Part shown: one piece after another, positions 33,747 to 42,841 of the stretch
How the letters are laid out: every line of letters begins with the position of its first letter
Position numbering within the stretch: position 1 is the first letter of the stretch
Assembly: GCA_938083135.1 (NCBI GenBank)
Contig: CALLKY010000012.1
Location: 986 to 64,985 of the forward strand
DNA: 64,000 bases
From: an uncultured Alphaproteobacteria bacterium
Lineage (GTDB): Bacteria > Pseudomonadota > Alphaproteobacteria > Bin95
Reading direction: 5' to 3'
Translations under genes and position numbers: made by a program
The notes under the pieces: model-generated
The model's input: only the letters and a program-made list of their open reading frames with translations
What the model was told of the DNA's origin: nothing
Database searches by the model: none

Positions 33747-34131
33747 CGTCGCGGCTAAGGCCTTGTTCATCCAGAGCGTCCAAATAATCCGCCATCAGGC
33801 CTTCCTGGTTCTCGCCGACAAATCGGAGATAGCGCCAGGAGAAAATGCCGGTGCCGTGGCCATCATCAAAGCCAAGCCGGATCGCGTAATTGCCGTTTGG
33901 CGCGATGGTTAGAATTTTTACATCGCGCTTACCTGGCACGATCTGCTTCTGGCCAGGGCCATGGCCCATCACTTCGGCTGATGGGCTTTCAACCCGCAGA
34001 ATCTCCGCCGCCAGAACATATTTCGGCCCGTCATCGAATGCGACGGTTAGGGTGCGCTTGTCTTGTGATAGGCGGATTTCAGTCGGCTGTGGGGCCGGGG
34101 CCGCATCTATTTCTTGCATGCTACGCGTCAT
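33742..34131 (-). CDS. DUF971 (gamma-butyrobetaine hydroxylase N-terminal-like) protein
   Basis: LTVAFDDGPKYVLAAEILRVESPSAEV...YAIRLGFDDGHGTGIFSWRYL is the typical DUF971 pattern. Confidence 0.8.
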   Translation of the reverse strand: MTRSMQEIDAAPAPQPTEIRLSQDKRTLTVAFDDGPKYVLAAEILRVESPSAEVMGHGPGQKQIVPGKRDVKILTIAPNGNYAIRLGFDDGHGTGIFSWRYLRFVGENQEGLMADYLDALDEQGLSRDA

Positions 34132-34134
34132 GGC

Positions 34135-34332
34135 TCACTTGGTCTCCGGCGTATCATCAAGCTGTCGAGCGTCTTCTGGGAGCATGACCGGAATGCCGTC
34201 CAAAATAGGATAAGCAAGGCCCGCTGCGCGGCTGATGAGCTCCTGCGCCTCAGCGTCATATTCCAGCGCTTCCTTGGTCACAGGGCAGACGAGGAGGTCC
34301 AGCAATTTAGGATCGACCGGGGCGGCGCTCAT
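34135..34332 (-). CDS. Trm112 family protein
   Basis: 65 aa with [14 protein letters not shown]...[16 protein letters not shown]. Confidence 0.85.
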   Translation of the reverse strand: MSAAPVDPKLLDLLVCPVTKEALEYDAEAQELISRAAGLAYPILDGIPVMLPEDARQLDDTPETK

Positions 34333-34396
34333 TGGCGGCTACCTTGCGTTACGGAAAAGCGTGGTGCCACGTTTAGCACACCCGCCCGGTGCGCGC

Positions 34397-36646
34397 CTAC
34401 AGCCCACTGATGGTCAGAATGACTGTGTCGGCGGCCTCAATCTCCACGACCGTATATTCACCGACATTCTTGGTGGAATGCGCGCGGATAGGCCGCCCTG
34501 CCAAATCATCCAGCCGGAAGTTTGAACCGTTCGGCGTGTAGATCCACACAGTCATCCGGGTATCGTTGGGCGCATCTTTTGGCCCCCGCCGCGTTTCTTG
34601 CGCTGCCTCAACCCTTGGTGCGGCCGCGATCTGGAATTGAGCTGCACTTGGGCCTGGAACAGTGGGTGGTGCTGTAATGTAGAAATCACCCGCGATGTAG
34701 GCGTCCGGGTTGAGATAAGCGAACCCTTCTGCTGCCCAACGCCATCCACCGGCACCGTCCATATCAGCTGGGATATAGGTTTCATTTGCCGCCAGCTGGT
34801 ATGTATGGCTGATCTCACCAAGCGCCCGCCAATTCTTGACACGCAGCAAAGGTGCAGCACGGGAAAACCAAATGCGCGCTGCTTGGTCCTCAAATTTGAT
34901 TTGCGATACGCCGACACCAATCAAGGGCTTATTGCCATCCGTGCGGGTGACGTAAACCCCACCTTTGCGATAGATGGCGTCAACCAACCCGCCAGCAATC
35001 TCACTGTCGTGAATGTCCCAATCGCCACTGTCGTAGTAGAAACCATCGTGCGGCACGTCGATATTTTGGCGGCATGAGCGCACTAAGACCGGGTTCGGTC
35101 CCTTGCAGGCGAAGAACACAGGCGTTGTGGCTAAGCGACCATATCGGGCATGCCAGCCCTTCTGTGCTTTCCCTCTTGGATCATATTTTACAGTGCGGAG
35201 ATGGGGCGCTGCACGGACATTGTGCCAGCGGATGGAGGTACCTTCTCGCACTACATAGTCGGCATAGTGCATGTATTCCATATAGCGATTAGCCAGTAGA
35301 CCCAGCCGCGCACGGGGGTTTACGGCGCGCATTGCGGCTTTCATATCCCGGAGCAGGATGTGCCGCGCGTGGTTGTGGGAAATCGTAGCATTCGGATTAT
35401 CACCGCCGACATGGCCGTTCGGCATGTTCCAAAGAAACGCGCCATCCATGAAGATGCCCTCATAGCCGTTCTGCAACGCTTCAACGGCGCGGGCGATGAA
35501 GACGTCACGGGCGGTCTTCTTGGTGATGTCCAGCAGGTGCCAATGGCCTTTAGATTTATGACTATAGGGGGCCAAGTGCTGTTTGCCGGCAGAGTCCGTC
35601 AGCATCAAGTTTGAAAGCTGGCGCGCGTCGCCGTCCCGGGTCGATACAGCACCCATGAAGAGATAGTACTCGGGCGATGCGCCGCCCTCCCGGATAGATT
35701 GCGCAGCCGCCGCAAGGGGCAGGGCGATCCGGGCGATTGCAATGCTATTCTCGCGTGGCATGGCGGATGCGAATGCACGCATTTCGGAATCTGTTGCAAA
35801 GCACGTGCGTTTGCGGGCTTTGCTGGCACCGCCGCAATGCTTGCCACGGGCATCTTGAATGAGGCCACGACGGCTGATGGAGCCGACCACAGGTGCCCAT
35901 TGGTTGGGCACAAACTGCGCAATTTCAGCATTCTGCATGCCGCGTCGATCAGGTGCGCCGAAGCGTTTGTCCTGGATGCGGGCAAGCGATACGTCCACGT
36001 AGAACCGCATGGCTTTTTGTTCGCCACGGCGCACATCCATGCGCGAACGGGCTTTGTCGCCATTGCGGTTGAACTCAGTGAAATAGGGGAAGAAGGCGCT
36101 GATCCGGCCTGGCTTTGCTTCATAGGCGATGCCACCAAGCTTCGGTGTGTCGTACACGACGAAATGCTGGCCGGTCTTGAAGCCTGGAACAATGCTGTCG
36201 CCATCGCGAACGGGGCGTTTGACAGCCTTGTTCCAATTATAGGGGTAGAACGTGGAGATGCCTTTGCCCGAATCAGCCGCAAGCTTCGTCGCGGTCAAGT
36301 TCAGCAATTCAATCCGCTGTGTCCGCGCCACGGCAACGGCACCAATTTCCGCAGCAGCCAGGGCCTGATTGAATCGGAAGTTGAGATCAACCCGGCCATT
36401 CTGATGGCTGATCCTTACGGTCGCTAGTGTAGCGCCATTTGCACCAGTAAAATTGAAGTCGCCCGCGCCGCCAGCGCAATCGCCGCCAGCGAGGGTGATC
36501 TTCTGGCTTTTCGACAGGACGAACGGCTTGAACGCGATGCCCTGGCCAATGCCCAAGCTGTTGCAAGATGCGGCGAGGACGCTGGCGGGTGCGGAAAAGC
36601 CCGCCAGCATGACACCTAGAACAAAGGCGATTCCGCACTTAGTCAT
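34397..36646 (-). CDS. large secreted hypothetical protein with a possible glycoside-hydrolase-like (GH114/GHL-type TIM barrel) core
   Basis: 749 aa from the ATG at 36646. It has the signal peptide MTKCGIAFVLGVMLAGFSAPASVLAAS. The central segment WHLLDITKKTARDVFIARAVEALQNGYEGIFMDGAF resembles the ...G.DG.F.D strand of GH114-like hydrolases. The family assignment is weak. Confidence 0.55.
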   Translation of the reverse strand: MTKCGIAFVLGVMLAGFSAPASVLAASCNSLGIGQGIAFKPFVLSKSQKITLAGGDCAGGAGDFNFTGANGATLATVRISHQNGRVDLNFRFNQALAAAEIGAVAVARTQRIELLNLTATKLAADSGKGISTFYPYNWNKAVKRPVRDGDSIVPGFKTGQHFVVYDTPKLGGIAYEAKPGRISAFFPYFTEFNRNGDKARSRMDVRRGEQKAMRFYVDVSLARIQDKRFGAPDRRGMQNAEIAQFVPNQWAPVVGSISRRGLIQDARGKHCGGASKARKRTCFATDSEMRAFASAMPRENSIAIARIALPLAAAAQSIREGGASPEYYLFMGAVSTRDGDARQLSNLMLTDSAGKQHLAPYSHKSKGHWHLLDITKKTARDVFIARAVEALQNGYEGIFMDGAFLWNMPNGHVGGDNPNATISHNHARHILLRDMKAAMRAVNPRARLGLLANRYMEYMHYADYVVREGTSIRWHNVRAAPHLRTVKYDPRGKAQKGWHARYGRLATTPVFFACKGPNPVLVRSCRQNIDVPHDGFYYDSGDWDIHDSEIAGGLVDAIYRKGGVYVTRTDGNKPLIGVGVSQIKFEDQAARIWFSRAAPLLRVKNWRALGEISHTYQLAANETYIPADMDGAGGWRWAAEGFAYLNPDAYIAGDFYITAPPTVPGPSAAQFQIAAAPRVEAAQETRRGPKDAPNDTRMTVWIYTPNGSNFRLDDLAGRPIRAHSTKNVGEYTVVEIEAADTVILTISGL

Positions 36647-37562
36647 GAATGTAGTAATAAACGCGGCGGAGCGATGCGGACATGTCACCAGCTGCAACCA
36701 CAAGGCTGTTATAGGCCCCTTTGTAGGTGCCATCGTTCACATCAATCAGCGGCTTTTTGTTGACGCTGACGCGGATACGGCCATCTGGGCGGGGCTGGGC
36801 CTGAACCCGAACTTGGTCGCCATCACGAACCGCACTATCGAGGCTCGCAACCGCAAGCCGTTTGACGCCGCTACGAGAGATCACATGCAAAGATACGCTA
36901 GGGGCGGCACCTGGGATCACGGTGATCCAATAACCAGCCCGGCGGTTTGTGCCTTGTGTCAGGCCAATTCGGATATTGGCGTCTTGTGCGTTCGCGACAG
37001 TGCCAGCGTAAAGAATGACATCAAGCGCGAAGGCGTTTGGCAGCGAGCGATCCAGTGTTAGACCAGCATTGTCTGATGGATTGCCATTGCCTGCAGCACC
37101 GCCACCGCCGCCGCCTAGGATCGCGCTGAGGACGCTAGAGGCATTGCCGCCACCGCCAGCCATGCTGGACGGCGTCATGGAAAGACCGGTTTTCTTGTCA
37201 TAGCCAAACCGGCCAAACAGCGCCGTCCAGCGCGGATTGTTTGAATACTCGCCGTCCACGAATTGCTCTTCGATGAGCCGGTTGTTCCAGTAAGGCTTAT
37301 TGGTGCCAAGTGCCGCGCGCAGGTCTTTCAGGAACTTGGGATCAGCGGCTTTCGCTTTTTCTGCTTTGTCGACCAATGCGCCAATTTCATCTTTCAGCGC
37401 CTTAAGCTCTGCCTTTGAATTCGTGGATTTTTTGGCGGCGACAGGCTTGGTATCGGCGTCAGGGTCGCTCCAGCGGTTATAATTGCTCTGAGACATGGCG
37501 GGTGAAGCGGCCATAGCAACGGCGAGCGCCGTCGCTGCGATGGACAGTGTTAAGTGGCGCAT
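36639..37562 (-). CDS. secreted hypothetical protein (coiled-coil, Gly-rich linker, beta-sandwich-like C-terminal domain)
   Basis: It has the signal peptide MRHLTLSIAATALAVAMAASPAMS and a strong RBS (GGGAGGA). Its stop overlaps the downstream ATG region by 8 nt. Confidence 0.6.
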   Translation of the reverse strand: MRHLTLSIAATALAVAMAASPAMSQSNYNRWSDPDADTKPVAAKKSTNSKAELKALKDEIGALVDKAEKAKAADPKFLKDLRAALGTNKPYWNNRLIEEQFVDGEYSNNPRWTALFGRFGYDKKTGLSMTPSSMAGGGGNASSVLSAILGGGGGGAAGNGNPSDNAGLTLDRSLPNAFALDVILYAGTVANAQDANIRIGLTQGTNRRAGYWITVIPGAAPSVSLHVISRSGVKRLAVASLDSAVRDGDQVRVQAQPRPDGRIRVSVNKKPLIDVNDGTYKGAYNSLVVAAGDMSASLRRVYYYIHD

Positions 37563-37649
37563 TCTTGTATCCTCCCTAGATTTTTATTGCCTTACGCTAG
37601 TCTATATGGCTGAAGAGCGCCAATTTTGTGGCACTGGTTGCATATCGAC

Positions 37650-39374
37650 CTAAAAAATCTTCGGTTCGGGCGTTGGCGCCCCGGCGTGAAGGAAATCGAA
37701 ATCGCATCCTTGGTCGGCTTGGGTGACGTGTTGCATGAAGAGCGCACCATATCCGCGGGCATAGGGGTTTTCAGGCGGTGCCCAGGATTCTTTGCGTTTG
37801 GCTAGCGTCGCTTCATCAACATGCAGCTCAAGTTTCCGGCCTGCTACATCCAGCGTGATTTCATCGCCGGATTGTACGAAGGCCAGCGGTCCCCCGACTG
37901 CGGCTTCCGGCGTGACATGCAGCACGCAGGCACCGTAGCTCGTGCCGCTCATCCGACAGTCTGAGATACGCACCATATCGCGCACGCCCTGCTTTAGAAG
38001 CTTCTGCGGGATTGGCAATTGGCCCCATTCCGGCATGCCGGGCGCACCCTTTGGACCAGCGTTCTTCAGCACCAGAACGCTATCCGCCGTCACATCCAGA
38101 TCAGGGTCATCAATCCGGGCATACATATCGTCTACGTTTTCAAACACGACTGCTATGCCGGTGTGCTGCAGCAGCCGTTCTTCTGCCGCTGTCGGCTTTA
38201 TGATCGCGCCAGTGGGGGCAAGATTGCCGGAGAGTGCGGCCGTTCCGCCGGTTGGCGACAGCGGTTTGTCGCGGCTGAAAATAACCTCATCATTGTAGAC
38301 TTCCGCCGTCTCAATGTTCTCACCAAGCGTGCGTCCATTGCAAACCACGCGGTCTAGGTTCAGGAGATCATCAATCTGCTTTAGCAGCGCGCGCAGGCCG
38401 CCTGCATAATAGAAATCCTCCATCAGATAGATGCCCGATGGCTTCAAGTTCAGCAGGGTCGGCGTGGTCTTGGAAATTTCATCGAAACGCGCCAAGTCCA
38501 GCTTGATGCCAGCCCGGCCCGCCATGGCCGTCAGGTGGATAATGGCGTTGGTGGAGCCTCCAAGGGCCATATCCGCTGTAATAGCGTCATCGAATGCAGC
38601 TTCTGACAGAATGTCCGAAGGCTTCATGTCCTCCCAGACCATATCAACAATCCTGCGCCCAGACCGGCTCGCCATCATCTGATGGGTGGAATCCACGGCG
38701 GGAATAGAGGATGCGCCCGGCAGCGAGAAGCCAAGCACTTCGGCAATTGAGGTCATGGTGGAGGCCGTGCCCATTGTCATACACGTGCCGGCAGAGCGAG
38801 CCATGCCTTCTTCCAGCTCACCCCATTGCTCGTCTGTCACGTTGCCCGCGCGGCGTTCCGCCCAGTATTTGAAGACGTCGGTGCCAGACCCAAGCGTCTT
38901 TCCGCGCCAGTTCCCACGCAGCATTGGCCCCGCAGGCACATAGATCGCGGGCAAGTTCATGGAGATGGCACCCATAAGCAAGGCTGGGGTGGTCTTATCG
39001 CAGCCGCCCATCAGCACAACACCGTCAATGGGTTGGGAGCGCAGCAGCTCCTCCGTCTCCATCGCCAGGAAGTTCCGGTACATCATGGAGGTTGGCTTCG
39101 TCATCTGCTCGCCGACGGACATGGCGGGCATTTCCATGGGGTAGCCGCCAGCCTGCCACACACCGCGTTTTACTTCTTCAGCCCGCTGTCGCATGTGGCT
39201 GTGGCACGTATTGCTATCGGCCCAGGTATTGATGATGCCGATGACAGGCTTGCCCGCAAAATCTTCTCGCGAAATGCCCATTTCCATGGTGCGGCTGCGA
39301 TGGCCGAAGGCGCGCATTGTATCAACGCCAAACCAACGATGGCTGCGAAGGTCTTCAGGCATTTTCTTGGTCAT
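37650..39374 (-). CDS. IlvD/Edd family dehydratase (sugar-acid/dihydroxy-acid dehydratase)
   Basis: 574 aa with the motifs GIINTWADSNTCHSH, GGCDKTTPALLMGA and SDCRMSGTSYG. The N-terminus LRSHRWFG resembles the aldonate dehydratase subgroup more than canonical IlvD. Confidence 0.85.
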   Translation of the reverse strand: MTKKMPEDLRSHRWFGVDTMRAFGHRSRTMEMGISREDFAGKPVIGIINTWADSNTCHSHMRQRAEEVKRGVWQAGGYPMEMPAMSVGEQMTKPTSMMYRNFLAMETEELLRSQPIDGVVLMGGCDKTTPALLMGAISMNLPAIYVPAGPMLRGNWRGKTLGSGTDVFKYWAERRAGNVTDEQWGELEEGMARSAGTCMTMGTASTMTSIAEVLGFSLPGASSIPAVDSTHQMMASRSGRRIVDMVWEDMKPSDILSEAAFDDAITADMALGGSTNAIIHLTAMAGRAGIKLDLARFDEISKTTPTLLNLKPSGIYLMEDFYYAGGLRALLKQIDDLLNLDRVVCNGRTLGENIETAEVYNDEVIFSRDKPLSPTGGTAALSGNLAPTGAIIKPTAAEERLLQHTGIAVVFENVDDMYARIDDPDLDVTADSVLVLKNAGPKGAPGMPEWGQLPIPQKLLKQGVRDMVRISDCRMSGTSYGACVLHVTPEAAVGGPLAFVQSGDEITLDVAGRKLELHVDEATLAKRKESWAPPENPYARGYGALFMQHVTQADQGCDFDFLHAGAPTPEPKIF

Positions 39375-39381
39375 GGGTCAG

Positions 39382-39417
39382 GCTATCCGGCTGCAGGTTT
39401 CAATGTCGCCGGATAGC
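39382..39417 (-). other. perfect 10-bp stem-loop immediately upstream of the dehydratase start
   Basis: GCTATCCGGC (39382-39391) pairs with GCCGGATAGC (39408-39417) around a 16-nt loop. On the minus strand the stem ends 7 nt before the ATG at 39374. Confidence 0.5.
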
Positions 39418-39451
39418 ATGCCGTTAGATCATACGCGTGTCACGCGGGCGA

Positions 39452-39919
39452 TTACCGCTTGATCAGCACAATCGCTTCGATCTCAACGGTAATGCTGCGG
39501 GGCAGGCTGCCCATGCCAACGGCAGAGCGGGCGGGGCGGCCAGCATCGCCGAACACATCGACGAATAGGTCCGTGCAGCCATCAATAACTTTGGGGTGCT
39601 CCATGAAGTCTGGGACAGCGTTGACCATGCCAAAGACCTTTAGAACGCCTGCAACGCGATCCAAGTCACCATCGAGCGCATGCTGCATGATGGAAAGCAG
39701 GTTCAGACCACAAAGGCGCGCGTGACCGGCTGCATCTGCAGTGCTGACATCGCCGCCAACCTTGCCGGTTTCAATGCGTCCATCATTGTGGCGCGGCCCA
39801 ACGCCGGAGGTATAGAGCGTATCCCCGCCAATCCGGAAAGCGCCGTAATTGCCAATGGGGGCGGGCAGGGGCGGCAGGTCTAGGTTCAGGGCTTTCAGGC
39901 GTTCACTGGCGCTTGGCAT
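39452..39919 (-). CDS. RidA/YjgF family protein
   Basis: It has ...YTSGVGPR... and a C-terminal ARSAVGMGSLPRSITVEIEAIV. The ATG at 39919 has a GGAG sequence 8 nt upstream. Confidence 0.8.
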   Translation of the reverse strand: MPSASERLKALNLDLPPLPAPIGNYGAFRIGGDTLYTSGVGPRHNDGRIETGKVGGDVSTADAAGHARLCGLNLLSIMQHALDGDLDRVAGVLKVFGMVNAVPDFMEHPKVIDGCTDLFVDVFGDAGRPARSAVGMGSLPRSITVEIEAIVLIKR

Positions 39920-39933
39920 TAGGGGTCTCCTGT

Positions 39934-41025
39934 TCATTCAGCTATGGGGCGAAGCTTGGCTAGGCCATGGGCGCTGGCTTCGACAACGCCGCGTTCTGTG
40001 ATGAGACCGGTGACGAGGCGGGCGGGCGTTACGTCAAACGCATCATTCCGGGCGGGACTGGCCGCTGGCGTGATGCGGACCCGTGCTTGCCTGCCAGAAT
40101 CAGTAACGCCGTTGATATGCGTTACTTCGTCTGGTGCGCGCTGCTCGATCGGAACCTCGGCAATGCCGTCATAGATGGTCCAGTCGATGGTGGGGGTCGG
40201 CAGGGCAACATAAAACGGCACGTCGTTATCCTGGGCGGCAAGGGCCTTCAGATATGTGCCGATCTTGTTGCAAACATCACCGTTCGCTGTCGTTCGGTCC
40301 GTTCCAGTGATGCAAAGATCAACAAGGCCGTGTTGCATGAGGTGCCCCCCAGCATTGTCGACGATTACATGATGGGGGACGCCATGGGCGCCAAGCTCCC
40401 AGGCAGTCAGCGCAGCGCCTTGGTTACGGGGGCGGGTTTCGTCCACCCAAACATGCACAGGAATACCAGCATCATGGGCTTTGTAGATGGGGGCCAAGGC
40501 TGTGCCCCAGTCCACGGTCGCGATCCATCCGGCATTACAGTGGGTCAAGATGTTGATGGTGGCACCGGGTGGTTGGGTATCCGCAATGGCTTGAATGACC
40601 GCCAGGCCATGGCCGCCTATGGCCGCATTGATCGCGATGTCTTCCTCTGCGATGGCGTCTGCTTCGGCCATCGCGGCGGCGGCGCGGGCTTCTACTGGCA
40701 ACGGCCGCAGTACGGTGGACACACGATCCAAAGCCCAGCGCAGGTTGATTGCCGTCGGGCGCGTCGCGCTCAACGTGGTGAAAGCGTTGACGAGGCTGGC
40801 GTCACTGGCATCTGCCGCCATAGCAATAGCAAGGCCGTAAGCAGCTGTGGCACCGATCAAAGGCGCGCCACGCACCTGCATCGCTTTAATGGCATGGGCG
40901 GCGGCGGGCATGTCTGACAGTGGAATGACGCGAAACTCGTGCGGTAGCACCGTTTGGTCAATGATCTGCACCGTGCCCGCCGTGTCGCGCCAAATCGAAC
41001 GGTAGGGCTGTCCGTCGATACGCAT
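39934..41025 (-). CDS. mtnA: S-methyl-5-thioribose-1-phosphate isomerase
   Basis: It belongs to the eIF-2B alpha/beta/delta family, with [26 protein letters not shown] and RPRNQGA.LTAWEL. The ATG overlaps the mtnP stop (ATGA at 41025). Confidence 0.85.
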   Translation of the reverse strand: MRIDGQPYRSIWRDTAGTVQIIDQTVLPHEFRVIPLSDMPAAAHAIKAMQVRGAPLIGATAAYGLAIAMAADASDASLVNAFTTLSATRPTAINLRWALDRVSTVLRPLPVEARAAAAMAEADAIAEEDIAINAAIGGHGLAVIQAIADTQPPGATINILTHCNAGWIATVDWGTALAPIYKAHDAGIPVHVWVDETRPRNQGAALTAWELGAHGVPHHVIVDNAGGHLMQHGLVDLCITGTDRTTANGDVCNKIGTYLKALAAQDNDVPFYVALPTPTIDWTIYDGIAEVPIEQRAPDEVTHINGVTDSGRQARVRITPAASPARNDAFDVTPARLVTGLITERGVVEASAHGLAKLRPIAE

Positions 41026-41915
41026 CAGAGCACCCGCCCAGCAACGGCGTCGAGCATTGCCACAGTGGCAGGATCGCGGGAGTCGGGGGCCGTGATGACT
41101 GCAACGTCGAGGGCGTTGTGGCACCCCGCATGGCACAGGCCTTGCCGCCTGGCGAGCAGCGGCACAGTTCGGCGTACAATGTCCCGCGCCTTAGCCGCAT
41201 TCTCCTGCAATACGCGGATGACGGCCTCTACGGTGACGGCGTCGTGGTCTTCATGCCAGCAGTCAAAATCTGTCACCATGGCGACAGTGGCGTAGCAAAG
41301 CTCAGCCTCACGGGCGAGCTTCGCTTCAGGCATATTGGTCATGCCGATCACGCTGCAATCCCAGCTGCGATACAAATTCGATTCAGCGCGGGTGGAAAAT
41401 TGTGGGCCTTCCATCGCTAAGTAAGTCCCACCCCGTGTGAAGGCGATGTCTGCTGCTTTGGCGGCTGCCGCCAGCGCATCGCCGAGGCGGGAGCAAACCG
41501 GTTCCGCCATTGAAACATGGGCGACGCAGCCTGGACCAAAGAAGCTTTTCTCCCGGGCGAAGGTGCGGTCAATAAACTGGTCGACCAGGACAAAATGGCC
41601 CGGCGGCAATTCTTCCTTGAGGGAGCCGACAGCGGACAGTGAGAGAATTTCAGTGGCACCCAAGCGCTTCAGCGCATCAATATTGGCGCGGTAATTCAGG
41701 GCTGTTGGGCTGGTTTTGTGGCCTCGGCCGTGGCGCGGCAGAAACAGCACGCGCTGGCCGTCCAGCACGCCTTCCATGATGTCGTCTGATGGCGTGCCGA
41801 ATGGGCTCTCCACCGTGATCCAACGGCGGTCTTCCAGGCCATCGATATCATAAACGCCGCTGCCGCCAATTACGGCGATGACCGGTGTTTCGGCGGGGTG
41901 TGGCTGGTTGCTCAT
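41025..41915 (-). CDS. mtnP: S-methyl-5'-thioadenosine phosphorylase
   Basis: The motifs are [18 protein letters not shown], and [10 protein letters not shown]...[17 protein letters not shown]. Confidence 0.9.
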   Translation of the reverse strand: MSNQPHPAETPVIAVIGGSGVYDIDGLEDRRWITVESPFGTPSDDIMEGVLDGQRVLFLPRHGRGHKTSPTALNYRANIDALKRLGATEILSLSAVGSLKEELPPGHFVLVDQFIDRTFAREKSFFGPGCVAHVSMAEPVCSRLGDALAAAAKAADIAFTRGGTYLAMEGPQFSTRAESNLYRSWDCSVIGMTNMPEAKLAREAELCYATVAMVTDFDCWHEDHDAVTVEAVIRVLQENAAKARDIVRRTVPLLARRQGLCHAGCHNALDVAVITAPDSRDPATVAMLDAVAGRVL

Positions 41916-41931
41916 GAACTTCGTGCGCTCC

Positions 41932-41969
41932 AAAAAATAAGGGCCGCGTCCCTATTCAGGACGCGGCCC
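41932..41969 (-). terminator. rho-independent terminator after petC
   Basis: A perfect 11-bp stem (GGGCCGCGTCC at 41941-41951 with GGACGCGGCCC at 41959-41969) encloses a 7-nt loop. On the minus strand it is followed by TTATTTTTTGG. Confidence 0.8.
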
Positions 41970-41996
41970 CACTTGAACCGTTTTGGCGGCTTCAGG

Positions 41997-42830
41997 TCAA
42001 TGCAGTTTGCGCCAGACCTGCTTCTTGGTCAGATACAGCAGAACCGTCAGGATCAGCAGGAAGATCACGATCTTGAAGCCCATGCTCTTGCGTTCTTCAA
42101 GCTTCGGCTCTGCGACATAGGCGAGGAACTCGCTCACGTCCTTGATCATCTGTTCCTTGGTCGCCTTGGTGCCATCTTTGTATTCGATCGCATCATCAGC
42201 CAGCGGCGGCGCCATGCTAATGATGTAGCCTGGATAGTGGGCGTTATAGTATTTGCCTTCTGGCACTTCACAGCCTTCCGGCGCGTCCATGTAGCCGTCC
42301 AGGATGTTCGGCACATGATTTTCAAAGCTCGCGCGCGCCTTGACCATCAAGCTGAGATCAGGCGGCACTGCACCGCCATTCACGGAGGCGGCAGCTTTTT
42401 CATTCGCGAACGGGGACGGGAAGTAGTCCGAAGGGATTGCTGTGCGTGGCAGGACTTCGCCGTCGTCGTTAGGCTCCGCCATAACTTCATATTCGGCGGC
42501 GATGCCTTTGATCGCGTCTTCCGGCACGTCTAAGTCCGCCAGATTACGGAACGTGAAATACTTCAGCGAGTGGCATGCAGCGCAGGTGCCCCGAAAGACT
42601 TCGAAACCACGGAACGCGGCTTTCTTGTCATAGTGGCCAAAGACGCCCTGGAAGCCCCAATGGCGGTCATTATGCGGCACATCTTTCGGCGTGCAAACCG
42701 TTGGCTCACCACCGCCAGCAGCAAGCGCGATGCTCGTACCGATCAGGAGTGCTGCACCGGCTTGAACCGTGCGCTTAGCGACAAGCGCCGGAACTGCGAG
42801 AAGGTGTTGAAAGCGACTTTGAGTGCCCAT
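41997..42830 (-). CDS. petC: cytochrome c1
   Basis: It has the heme-binding site CAACHS, a signal/anchor N-terminus and a C-terminal TM helix. It follows petB. Confidence 0.9.
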   Translation of the reverse strand: MGTQSRFQHLLAVPALVAKRTVQAGAALLIGTSIALAAGGGEPTVCTPKDVPHNDRHWGFQGVFGHYDKKAAFRGFEVFRGTCAACHSLKYFTFRNLADLDVPEDAIKGIAAEYEVMAEPNDDGEVLPRTAIPSDYFPSPFANEKAAASVNGGAVPPDLSLMVKARASFENHVPNILDGYMDAPEGCEVPEGKYYNAHYPGYIISMAPPLADDAIEYKDGTKATKEQMIKDVSEFLAYVAEPKLEERKSMGFKIVIFLLILTVLLYLTKKQVWRKLH

Positions 42831-42841
42831 ATCCGTTACTC

